NCBI RefSeq assembly: GCF_009914755.1
Contig: NC_060934.1
Direction: 5' to 3' (one strand)
Length of the DNA: 64,000 nucleotides
DNA from: the human T2T-CHM13v2.0 reference genome, Homo sapiens
Shown here: positions 14,400 to 26,189 of the stretch, one piece after another
Position numbering within the stretch: position 1 is the first letter of the stretch
Layout: the number at the start of each line of letters is the position of its first letter
Made by a program: the position numbers and the translations under genes
Notes under the pieces: model-generated
The model's input: only the letters and a program-made list of their open reading frames with translations
Told to the model about the DNA's origin: nothing
The model's database searches: none

Positions 14400-14720
14400 T
14401 TTAGAGTCAGCAGATCTAGATTCACGTCCTGGCTGTACAACTTACTAGCTGTGTGTCCTCGGCAAGTTACTTTACCTCTCTGAGCACATTTCTTCATCTC
14501 CGAAAGGAAGTTCATGATCCCTTCCCTACTTGCCTTCAGTGTTGTTATAAGGTTTAGATAAAAACATAAACATGTAAATATGAGTAGGGATAAAACTCTA
14601 CCTGAGTAGTTTTTTTTCCTCACTCATTAAACAAATGTTTATTTAGCACATTCTATGAGCTGGGCATTGAGTTAGGCACTGAGGGTGGAGTGGTGGCTAA
14701 GATCTCATCCCTGTGTCTGC
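14400..14720. mobile_element. MIR (+, about 14400-14590) followed by an L2 3' end (-, about 14620-14720)
   Basis: 'acttactagctgtgtgtcctcggcaagttactttacctctctgagc' is the MIR core; 'cattaaacaaatgtttatttagcac' is an L2 tail. Confidence 0.75.
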
Positions 14721-17700
14721 CCTTCCTTGAGTGAGTCATCTGCCCAGACTCTGTATCCTCCAGTGAAGTGTTTCCCTGGTGAATGAAGGTGAGTACGCTG
14801 CATTACTGAGAGATAGGCAACACATGCTGTGAACACTCTGTCCTGAGCATAGGTGACCCAGTCAACAAGGTAACAGCAAAATGGGCAGAGTAACCCAAGC
14901 TGGGAGCCACTTTGGGGACAAGGGACTGGTAGAGGAAAGAATGAAGCCTTTAGGCTCTTGCATGGGCTAGTAACAGCAGAGAGAGGAGCCACAGCTGAGA
15001 AGGGACCTGACCGTGAAACTGAAGAGAGAAGGAAAGAACAGTAAAGCCAGGCAGGCAATAGAGAGATGGAAGGGTGGGGGCATAGACCTCTAGCCGACTC
15101 ACGTCCGGGTGGGCTGGTCAGGCAAAGGCTGGGGGCGCCAAGCTGTTGTCTGAGCTGGAGACAGGCTGGCTGAAGATTAAGCTCCCCCAAACTGCTGGAG
15201 GTCAGGAAGCTAGGGAGTTGGGACTGAGGCCAGGGACTTCGCCTCACTCAGTGGATAGGGAAGAACAAGCAGTAGGTCTGGAAGCCGCAGGATTGGTTGA
15301 TGCTAGTAAGAAATGCCCAGGCAGGGACAGAGAGAGTCAGAAGATAACAGTGATGGTGAGTCCAGCTCTGGAAGGGGGCTGCCGGCCCCACCCCTAGACT
15401 TTTTGCCACACCCTGCTAGGGATGTGAGGGATGTGTGGCCCAGTCCCACTGGTATCAGGGTGGCAATCCCAGGCCCAGGGAGTACAGAGGGCCTACAGGT
15501 ATGCTCTGATTCTGTAGTACAGGCTGGAATTACAGGAAGCCTGGTCATGGACTGCAGCAAGAATGAAATATCCAGGACATATGAAGGTGGAGAGCAGATC
15601 CCAGGCCAGGGAGGCCACAGTGGGGAGGCCATGGTTTCCAAGAGACACAACCCCATGGCAATAAGTCAGCTGTCATGTGGACCCACTTAAGTCCTGAAGC
15701 CAGAGAGGTAGACCAGGGACATAGTGAGAGCCCACAATCGGTTGCAATAATAATGCCTGAGGCTGGAGGCATAACCTGGAACTCAAATAGGAGAAAACCT
15801 TTCTCATTCAGGGGCTAAATGGAGAGATGAGAGGAGCTGGAGTTGTGATGTTTTCATCTTATAAACATGAAACTGAAGTGAGGTCCTTAAGTGGACATGG
15901 CTGCATGTTCATTAGGGACGCTGAGCACCCAGACTCTATGGTTTGCTGAACTGCAGTGTGCAAATGGGAGCAAATCGAGACACATTTGCAGCAAAGATTT
16001 GAAGCACTCAAGTTATTAAGGGACGATTCGGGGATCAGAGAAATGACTCCACAGTCTTCCTGCTCTTCCTTGCTTCCTTCCTTCAGCAAGTATTAGGTGT
16101 TAAGAGGGATCCCAAGAACAGTAAGGCAGAGACCCTATCTTGTAGGAGTCTGCAGTGTAGGGAGGCAAACAGAGCACAGGATGGAAAGATGGACCGCATG
16201 GGTCTGACTCCCAGACTGTGGGAGATCAGAGAGAGGGAAGCCCATGGAAGGTGGTACCGAGTGTTGGGAGCTCAGAGAATATAGGCACGTGACTGAATTG
16301 GGAGTTCAAGAGGAAGAGAAGGGGTATGGCATTCTAAATAATCAGCAGTGTTGGGAATAAGCTGGCAGGCTGGGAGGGCAGTGGTGAGCCTAGGTTAGTC
16401 AGAGTCTCAGTGTAGGCCACGGGAGATCTGCAGAGAGAAACGAGTCAAACCGAGGGGGCCTCCAATGGGGGACAAGGGGCAGTGGTTCAGATTTGACAAA
16501 GTCTAGGCTACAGTATGTCCAGCTTTTTCATCAAAAACCGCTAAGATTCACACTGAGCAACAGCCCTGAATAAAGAAAAAAACCCTAAGACCAGTCAAAA
16601 ACAACATCTACTAGAAAACAGAAGCATGACCTGAAACAGCTGCCACTAGTATGAAATTGTTTTGAGGTCACCAGCTTTATGTTAAAAATGCAAACAAATT
16701 TTTCGTTCTATTCCATACTTTAGTCATGGATTATAAAATATTTTAATATAAAAATAAAGCTTTTTTTAATATAAAACCCCCCAATCTTCAAGTGATATCA
16801 CCACACCAGGAAGATGGGCCCTGTTTAGACTGTGTGTCATGCCTCCTCCACTCCCGTACTGCCCTCCTCCCCCGCCCACCCCACTATGAGAAGCAATGCA
16901 CCAAGCAGTAGGGGTCACTGGAGGCTTGTATCCAGGGGTGTGACAAAAAACAGCATCTTTGTGACCTTTATTTGACCATGGTGAGCATAAAGGGTTGGGC
17001 AGGGAAGAAATAGGAAAGGAGAAACTATTAACTGAAAGGTGTAAAAAAGGCCCCGGGGCAGGACAATGGGAAAGGAGAGATAGAGTTTTGAAAGTTATTC
17101 CTCTCTGTCTTCCCCCAACTCTTACCCCACTGATGATCTTTTCCTTTTCCTCCCCATCATTCTTTTCATGAGTCCCTGGCAGTGGCCATGGACACCCTAG
17201 ACACCCCAAAGCTCAGGACCTAATGGATCCTTCAGGTTAGTCTAGGAGGCATCATTTAGTGTGAATGGAGAAGAAAAGATTCTACTGGCCCCATCCTTCA
17301 GTCACCACAAGTCAGCTCTAGCCTGCTGCGTTTGCCCTCCCGTCCTGAACCTGAGTCCTGGGCCAATGTTCCCATCCCTGAGCAGGAGGCAGGCAGAGAT
17401 ATTTGGCCTGGTAGACAGGCTGAGCATTTGGGGAGCTCCCCAGAGTTCTCAGACAGCGGCAGGGGTAGTGGCCAGCATCTGAAGTCCACGATAGGGTGGC
17501 CCGTCTGTCATTAAGATCCCTCCTATGGCTGCATCAGGGATGAGATTAGGCTGCTCTAAGTCTCAGCCCCACTTTTCCAAACAAAGATTCTGCAGCTTGG
17601 GCATAATAATAGCAGTGCTTCTTATTTATATGATGCTCCTCCATTTGCAGAGGGCCTTCACAGACATAATTTCATTTAACTCGCACAACTGCCCTGCATG

Positions 17701-19536
17701 GCTGGAGTGCCTATCCCCATTACACCTCTAAGAAGGCAGGATGCAAGGTTACACAGTTTGAAGAGATTTGAAGAGATTCAAACCATCTAGTTCTGCTCTT
17801 TCCATGCCTCACTCCCTCCACCCTGTAGCCATTTGTGACTCTGACATGTGCTGATCCTTCCAAACCCTGAAGGATTCCATTTCTACTTCCTGCCTCTATC
17901 ATCTCTCTGGAAATGAGCTCTGGAAGTATGCTGCCCACTGTGTGCCAAAGAACATTTTTCTATTCATCCTGAGCTTGCATCACTCCAGTTCTAAAAGGCC
18001 CCCTCATCTCCAGTTTCAAGATTTGGGGAGCAAGCAATTCTTCTGCATATCTAGGTCTTTTATTATGCTGTAGATTTCCATCCTGTCTCACCTTCCAGAG
18101 GACTAAACTTTGAAATTTGCCCTCACCAGCAACCCCTGGCTCCCCATTCTGCCAATCATTCTCTGACCCTACTCTAGGCCCATGACATTCTTCCTAAGAG
18201 CCAGTGACCAGGCATGCGTTCAGTTACAAGGCTTTATGCAAGGGTGGGAAAAGGTTCTGTCTTTTGTTTCCAATCACCTTCATTATGATACCACCTCTTT
18301 GGCCTTTTTGGCAAAAGCCAACTTTGAGCTAAAGTCTTCAGGGAACCATCTGTAATGCTTTCCCTGTTCCTTTCCTGACACAGAGTCCTTCATTTCACCT
18401 ATAATTTCAGTGATTTTATGGGAGCACAGCAATGGGAGCACAAGCCCCTGAAAAGTGTATCAGAATGTGATGGGGATAATTGTGGTGTGTCTTTATATTG
18501 ATCAAAATAGGGCAAATGAAAAACAAAAGTTGAGAATCCTAGCCAGTAATAAGCAAACTTTAGAACTGAGGAATGGACATGGGAGTATGGGGAATACGTA
18601 TTGTATGTCACTCACAGGTGAAGGGTAAGAAAGGTTGAAACCACTGTTTAGATTACTCATTGCTAAATACAATGCCTTGCACTTGTCCTTGTGAAAACTC
18701 AGTCCCCAGCTGGGCTATCTTGCTCACTTATATGGACTCGTTCTCCCTGTTCTGTCCTCTTCAGCATAATTGAGCTGTGGTTAGAATTGGGGTCAGGGTG
18801 GATGGTCACTGTATGGGCCCAGCAGAGTCAGGGCTGTATCCCAGCTGCAGGGAAAGTAAACCCGGCTGTTAGGTAGGGCCAAGATATCCTTCCCAACCAG
18901 ACTGAGAGGGCCAGATAGCCCCCTGTTGGACTCCAGAGTCTGGATTCCATGAGCCTCCTTCCCACCTCCGCTCAGCCACCAGGGTGGTGTTGGGACTGGT
19001 AGGGCTGAGGAAGAAAAAGGGAAACAGGACCACAGGATTTGCTTTGCTAATGGGGCTGTAGTTTTCTCTTCTGGCCTGGGCTCCTGCCCACTGTAGGGAA
19101 GGAGCCATTGGTCGCCTGATACTCCAGCAAGGAGTCTGGGGGGTGTCTGGTTAATTGTATTGGAATTAGGGGGCAACTGAGGCTGCCAGGGGCTTGTACC
19201 CAGCTCCTTCCTGTTTTCCCATTGCCTTTTGTCACCTATTCCTTCCTTTCCTGGTCTTGATTCCCACTAGCAGGCTCCTCATTGGCCTTCTGTCCTCAAA
19301 TTTGGATTCTGGAAGTACAGAGTGATGCTCTGATCTATTCTGAATTGAAGGGGGCATGTGTCCCAGCCCACCTCACCCCAAGGCCAGGTTGTAGCCTTTA
19401 CTCTCGCTCCCTGCTCACAGCTTCGCAGCCCGAAGGAGCTGAAACAAGTTTGCAAAGTGTGAGCTGGGATTTGAGGTGACCCACCGCAGCCGACCCCATC
19501 GCACACGCAGCAGCTGGGCAGGCGCTGCTGGGTAGA

Positions 19537-19740
19537 CGGACATGCCACCCAGCCAGGGACATTCTGTCCGCCACTGCCAGACACAACTCCCGCTCCGGAG
19601 AGACCCACTTCGCTACCCGGACATTCTGTCCGCTCCGAGCCCCATGCACCGCGGACATTCTGTCCGATTCTGAGGCGGCCTCAAGTCAGGACCCTTCTGG
19701 GCCCAGACACCCCAAGCCAGATCCACTATACCCGCCGCCT
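19537..19740. repeat. Degenerate GC-rich minisatellite with 3 exact GGACATTCTGTCCG copies
   Basis: Copies at 19557-19570, 19619-19632 and 19653-19666; related GAC..CCGC units between and around them. Confidence 0.85.
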
Positions 19741-20319
19741 GGTCACTCTGATCCGCACAGCGGCCATCTGACTCAGTCGCGGCCGGGCTCTCACAACACA
19801 GCTCCTATTCCAACTGCGGAGCAGCTGGGAAGAGAAGCGTGTGCGACCAGGCGCACCCCGGCTCCCAGCCCCAGGAGTCTGAGCCTAGGCCGAGGGGCAT
19901 CGGGCGCCGTCAACTGCCCCCACACTGGGGGCCGCCCCGCCAGCTCCCCCGCTGGCCAGGGCCTCTGTAACCCCTTTCGCTCCCTGGCCGCCTGCCCCGT
20001 GCCCTGGGATTCCAGGGCGCTTTCTGGTAATGGTTTCCAGACTCCCTACTCCCTGCCTCGCGAAGCCCCTATCCTGGTTTCAAGTCTCCGGCTTCGTTCC
20101 GGATCCTCTGAGTCTCCCCCTTCCCTATCCCCTGGTTCTTACCCTGAGTTTCCCTTTTCCCAAGTCCTGGCCCCAGGTCTGCAGTCCGCCCTCCCATTCT
20201 CGACCTGTTCCCAAGGCACCGGAGTTCAGCTGCCCCAGGTCTCGTTTTAGGGATTCCAAGGTCCAGCAATAGCTCCTCGGCCCCATGAGCCCCTGTCCTT
20301 AGAATGGTCAAACACTCAC

Positions 20320-20500
20320 AGTGCGTCCTGCAACAGGCAGACTCCCAGTAGCGGCGGCTGCGGCGGCGATCTAGAGGGCAGGCAGGGGCCAGGGGCCGGG
20401 CACCCGGCCGGAGTGGGGGCCGCCCCCCTGCTCCCGGGCCGCCTCTCCGCTCGGGCGCTCCTGGACTCTCGGAGGGAGTGAGCCTCACCGCGTACTGCCA
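20320..20500 (-). other. PITX3: PITX3 non-coding exon 1 (5' end approximate)
   Basis: Donor ACT|GTGAGT at 20319, inside a CpG island; CATAAA TATA-like box at 20523-20528 on the - strand about 25 nt upstream of 20500. Agrees with my recollection of the mRNA leader. Confidence 0.8.
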
Positions 20501-20760
20501 CCCCCAGCCGGCGCCCATTCACTTTATGGCAGACCAGGGCGCCCCCAGCCCGCCGCGGCGAGCCGCGCGCGTCAGGCCCCGCCCCTTTCCAGCTGCCCTG
20601 CTGGGGCTCCGCCCTTTCCAGCTGTGGATCTCCAGGCCCCGCCTTTGAGGGAGGGGTCTGGCCGGCGAGACGCCAAGAACCCCGCCCTCTGGCCAATCAG
20701 AAGCGCTCTTCAGCAACTCGGCCGCGCCCCTCCCCACGTGGCAGAGACCGCGCTCCGGCT
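20500..20760 (-). promoter_or_regulatory. PITX3: PITX3 promoter
   Basis: CATAAA box, repeated GC boxes, CAGCTG at 20590-20595 and 20619-20624, CCAAT 20693-20697, CACGTG 20735-20740. Confidence 0.75.
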
Positions 20761-21513
20761 AGGACGCTTAGGCAGAGCCAAGTGGGCGAGAGTAGAGTGG
20801 TCCCGGTAGCCACGGGTAAAAGGGATCGGCTGGCAGCGAAGTGGGTTGGGCCGCTACCCCGAGGAAAGTGGATCGGCGCCAGGTGGGAAGGCGCACGGGG
20901 CCGCCGGGTCTCAGCGCTCAGACTTCTCTGCCACTCAAGTTTCGCCGATTTTCTCCACTTGTCGCTGTCCGTCTCTCCTCCCTTTTGTCTCTGTTCCAAT
21001 CCTCCCACGTCTCGCCTTTCTTTCCTCTTCTTTCTCCTCAGCCGCTTCGCTCCTGCTGTTTACCATTCTCCTTCCTCTGCCACTTTAAAAGACTCATTTC
21101 TCTTTCTCTCTGCTCCTCTTTCCTCATATCTTTCCTCTTCTTCATTTCCCCCTTCTTCTCCAAGGAAGGTGACTTCGTGGAGACAGCAGGGTTTGGAATG
21201 ATACAAACCAAAGTAGTATTCCAACGCTGCCACGAACTGCACCATCACTGAGTGAACTTGGACGAGTAACTATCATCTCCCTCCCCGCGCAAAACAATTA
21301 AGAGGAGGTTCCTGCTGGATCTCAGGGCTTGGGCTGGGCACTCCAAAGGCATTGCCTTTCAGTCTGTACCCTTGTCTTGCTTAGGCTGTGCTCTCCCTCC
21401 TTCAGCAGGGCTGGTTTCCCGCTGGTGGTACCAGGTTAAGTCCTGTGGGCAAGGTGTGGCCTTGGTGCCTGCTGGTTAGGAATTTGCAAGGGACAGGACA
21501 GATGACCAAGGAA

Positions 21514-21591
21514 CATCCTGGCAGACTGTGACTTCGGCCCTCTCTGACTTAGGCCTCAATTTCCAGGAAACAGGCTCCTTCTCTTCTCCCA
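21514..21591 (+). repeat. Dispersed direct copy of GBF1 exon 1 segment 24582-24656
   Basis: Blocks of 16/17 and 47/48 identity. Confidence 0.95.
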
Positions 21592-21633
21592 GTTAGGCTA
21601 TGTTGCTTGGGTGCTCCGAAGAGCCTAAGCCCA

Positions 21634-21948
<315 letters not shown>

Positions 21949-21989
21949 TCACACAATATGCCCCTAAGGCAAATCTGAGCAGTCATGTC

Positions 21990-22380
21990 TTGACTGTTCA
22001 GTGACTCCCATTGCCCTTAGGATAAAGGTCAAGCTCCCTAGCCTGGCATACAAGACCTTCAGGACCTGACCTTGTCTTCATCTCCAATTTCCTAGTAGTG
22101 TCCTGCACACCTCTGGCCCTTCCTGTGAAAGTAACCCATCTTTATATTGTCAATTCCTACTCCTCCAATGTTCCACTCAAGTCTTATTTTCTCTGGGAAG
22201 CCTTTTCTGAACTCTCAGTTTAGCCCCTTGCTCTCATGACCCTCAGTGTATACCTTCTATTACACCACCCACCATATTGAAGGGATCAGCTTATGTGTTG
22301 TCTGCTATGATAATAAAATTTAGGAGGGTAAGGACCATGTCTGTTATTCCCAGGCATAATGTAGAATCTCAATAAATGTC
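21990..22380 (+). mobile_element. L2 remnant
   Basis: 'gactcccattgcccttaggataaag..gcctggcatacaagacc' and tail 'tctcaataaatgt'. Confidence 0.65.
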
Positions 22381-22735
22381 ACACTGAAATCTATGAGGAA
22401 GATGTTCTGCCTGGTAAGATGATGATTAGTGGTTAGGAGGGACTAGGGAATTGTCATCTCTCTCCTCCCCATCTCTATTGCACAATCACATGCTTTTAGA
22501 ATGATGAATTTCTGGAGGTATGTAGAAGTAGATATTGGCGAGCAGAAATTTTTGGCCCACTTAGAGGATTTTCCAATCGGCTTTCCAGGACCTCTCAATC
22601 TGAGACAGGCCCAGGACACCAACTCTCAGTTTTCAAATGAAGAGGAAAATGGCTTTGAGGTAATGTGGAAAGAGGTGCTATGATGGTATATCCTCTTTCC
22701 CTGACTCTCTTTGGGTGATAGAGGCTAGATCCTCA

Positions 22736-23164
<429 letters not shown>

Positions 23165-24129
23165 TAGCGCATCGTAGCACACGGATGGTCTTTGGATGTC
23201 TGGTTTTGAGACTACTTTCCTATGTGGTTAGTTATAGAGCTTCCCTGGACTTGGGTCGTCCATAATTGGGAGGATGTATGGAAAGAATTAGGTATTTTTT
23301 TTTCACTGCCTCCCAGCAGCTTCTCCAGGTCTGCAGGGACACTGGGGCTCTAGTGTCCCAAATAGGCTGGGAATTTCATGATTCAGTCTCCTAGGAGAAA
23401 ACCCATCCTCTTGTCCTCTTCTCACGCATTCTCACTTCCAGGTAATACAGGTAATTCTAAATAGCTTAGTAACCTCTATCATCTCTTGCAAGGGGAGGAG
23501 GCAGCTGGGGGCAAGACAGTGAAAACAGGTGGGCATCCAACCCTCAGGCCCCTTAGCGTTTCTAAGGCAAACAAGAAAGACTTCTGTTTCCTATCACTGA
23601 TGAGGTGGGCTAAGCTGCGTATTTAGCCTGGTGGATAAGGCCCGTCAAAGGCTTGGTATGAAAGGCAGACCGGGAGTCAAAGCCCGATATACTAAGGCAT
23701 AAGAGGTGACAAAAGGCGATGAAAAGAGTTGGCCTGGGGGTGAGGAGACCCAGGGGTTCGTCTCTCTGCTCTGCTATTTACTAATTATGTGAACATGGGC
23801 CCAGCCTTCCACCCTGGGGCTGTTTCCTATAATGTAAAATGAAGAGACTTAAATTAGATATCCAGGGCTTCTGCTACGTCCCATTTTCTCTATTTCTGGA
23901 TGATGGGAGTGGGGCAGAGGACGCTGAAACAGAGTTGGGACGTGACAGACATAACTGTGAGAAGCCACGACAGGGAAGGTGGACAAGAGGGCGAGGAGAG
24001 CAGGGTGTGGAATAGATCGCTGGACTTGTTTTTAGAATGAAGGGAGCCCAGAGCTGCCTCGAAAAGGAGTGATTCCTCAAGGGGCATGGTCTTGGCCCAG
24101 GTAACTTTGATAATACGTGGACAGGGGAG

Positions 24130-24540
24130 TAGGGATGCCCGCTCAAGTTCTCAAAGCGGACCCCGCCCCTTTCCAGCCAATTGTAGCCTTTTTCCCCATA
24201 ATGCCCAGCAGCCACTGCCAAACCGCGCACTGCAACCGAACTCTACCTAACTCCACCTCTCTAGCCGCCCAGCCCAGTTCCTCATTTTTTATTGGTTTTT
24301 TAAACTGTCACTCAGAGAGTACTCGTATCCGTTGGTTGTCCCCTAACATACCCTTTCTTTCCCTTGTAATCGCGCTTCTTTAGGCACTACCCGCCTCCTG
24401 AAGCCAATTTCCTTTATTCGATTGGATAGTCGGAATGCTACTTTTCACGGTGCAAAGCTATGATTGGCTGCGCGCGGCAGGGCTCGCGCAGTTACCAGGC
24501 AGCGGGCTAGACTGAGGCTAGTTACCACGTCAGTGAGCTG
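24130..24540 (+). promoter_or_regulatory. GBF1: GBF1 TATA-less CpG promoter
   Basis: CCAAT/ATTGG at 24177, 24291, 24404, 24421, 24463; X-box-like GTTACCAGGCAGC 24491-24503; CCACGTCA 24525-24532; downstream YY1-type CCGCCATTTT 24746-24755. Confidence 0.8.
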
Positions 24541-24769
24541 ACAGGGAAGGTACCCGGCTCTACTGCCCGTCCCGGACGACTCATCCTGGCGGACTGTGCA
24601 GTCCCACCCTGACTTCGGCCTCAATTTCCAGGAAACAGGCTCCTTCTCTTCTCCCATCTGCTACCAGAGCCGGGAGAGCTGCTCGGAGACGCCTCCGGGG
24701 TGCGGGCTGGACATGAGCAGCGGCTGCCGGTCCTGGGACTAGGCCCCGCCATTTTGGATCCGCTGACAG
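24520..24769 (+). other. GBF1: GBF1 non-coding exon 1 (start approximate)
   Basis: CpG island; donor CAG|GTCAGC at 24770; joins the exon 2 acceptor 10 nt before the ATG. Confidence 0.78.
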
Positions 24770-26189
24770 GTCAGCGAAGTCTCTTCCTAGAGTTCCGGTG
24801 TCGTGAAGGCCGCCCTGACATCGCAATAGGGAATTAGTGGGAAGGGCCCTTAAATTGGGCGAGCCAAGGTGGGCTAAGGACGCAGCGGACAGGAATAAGA
24901 CGAGGGAAGGGTTGTTGTGGGAGGGAACAGGGAGGTATGCAGGGGCAAAGGTCATGCCTCTGCCGCAGGAGGGGCGATTTCTGCTCTCATTACTGATCCT
25001 TTGCAGGTGCCCAAATCTTCTGTTTTCCCAGGCTTGACCTAGTATTTAGCTTCTCCTTTCCAGCGCTTTCTGCATCCTGAAGAGCCCAGTACTCAAAAGC
25101 TGAAAGCAAACCTAAGGAGCATTGTGTCTACTTTTATGGGTTTTCAGACTTTAGATGTGAAAGTCTCTCTAGATTCTGTACAGCGTCTACTTCTTTGTGA
25201 TTGCCTCACTAATACAAAGGAACTGCTTCATTAATAATGATGAACTAGTGCACCCTAGAATCAGGTTGTCAGCAGAGGGACGTGTGGAAGGCTTGAGGTT
25301 ATAGCAGCGCAGGGAACTGGGCTATGAGAAGGCTTCCCTCTTACAGGACAGCTCAGCTGCCAGTCTGGGTCTGTATGTAAACACTATACTTATCTTCTGG
25401 GCCTGTTTGTTCCTTTATACAATCTTTCACAGGCATTCTTTTGTAGTGTATGTTTTTGTTGACATTTTTCTCTCAGATCTTCACTAAGGAGATGAGGCTT
25501 AATCATAAGGAAACCACTCTATTATGACATATTTGACTGACAGCAGAGAGAGATATTTGAATACTGGCAAAGTTTGGTATTGTCGGCCTATTATGTTTAG
25601 TGGGCAAAAAGAGTCATGAGAGATTTTCAGCCAATTGTAGGGTCAGAGCCCCAGAGTGAATGATGGAACATAACCCTAGAGAGTAGTTTATGGCACTGTG
25701 ATGACCTTTGATAAACTGCTGTGTTGTAAAGCTATAAAAGTCCACCAAGGGTAACGAATGCTTTTAGAAATAAGGAATAGTGTAGATGGTGTTTTTTAAT
25801 GCACAATGTGGAAACTTGTGCATTAATTCAGGTATAAAAGGCACTCTAGGCCCTGTGGAGGATACAAATGGAAAGGTCTGCTTTGGGACTGCTCAGTTAA
25901 TGCACTTCTTAAAAGTAGTAGCATGTATGTGCAGTGGCCTAGCTAGAGCATGTAGTAGGTTAAGAGCAGGATCAACCTAATACCTTTTGGTATGTAGTGG
26001 GCACTCAATAAACGTTATCTCTATCTGGGATTAGTTTCAGTATGTGATCAGGACTTGTGGCCTGCTTTTGGCCCTGGCAGTCAGGAACACTTTGCACTTT
26101 TGCATGATGAGGTAGTAACAAGGAGGATCAAAACCTCATAGTGTCAGAAGAGAAAACTATTTAGGATCTTGGAATGACTAACTCAATTT

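Larger units (their letters stand above)
19400..21060. other. CpG island at PITX3 exon 1 / promoter
   Basis: High GC and CpG density; boundaries by eye. Confidence 0.85.

Noticed and set aside
13120-15690. ORFs of 117-187 aa in PITX3 intron 1
   Set aside because: No recognisable domain or exon structure; consistent with chance in GC-rich DNA.
19537-19740. Repeat-spacer-like pattern resembling a CRISPR array
   Set aside because: Only three 14-nt repeats with unequal spacers (48 and 20 nt), spacers related to the repeat, no cas genes, mammalian context.
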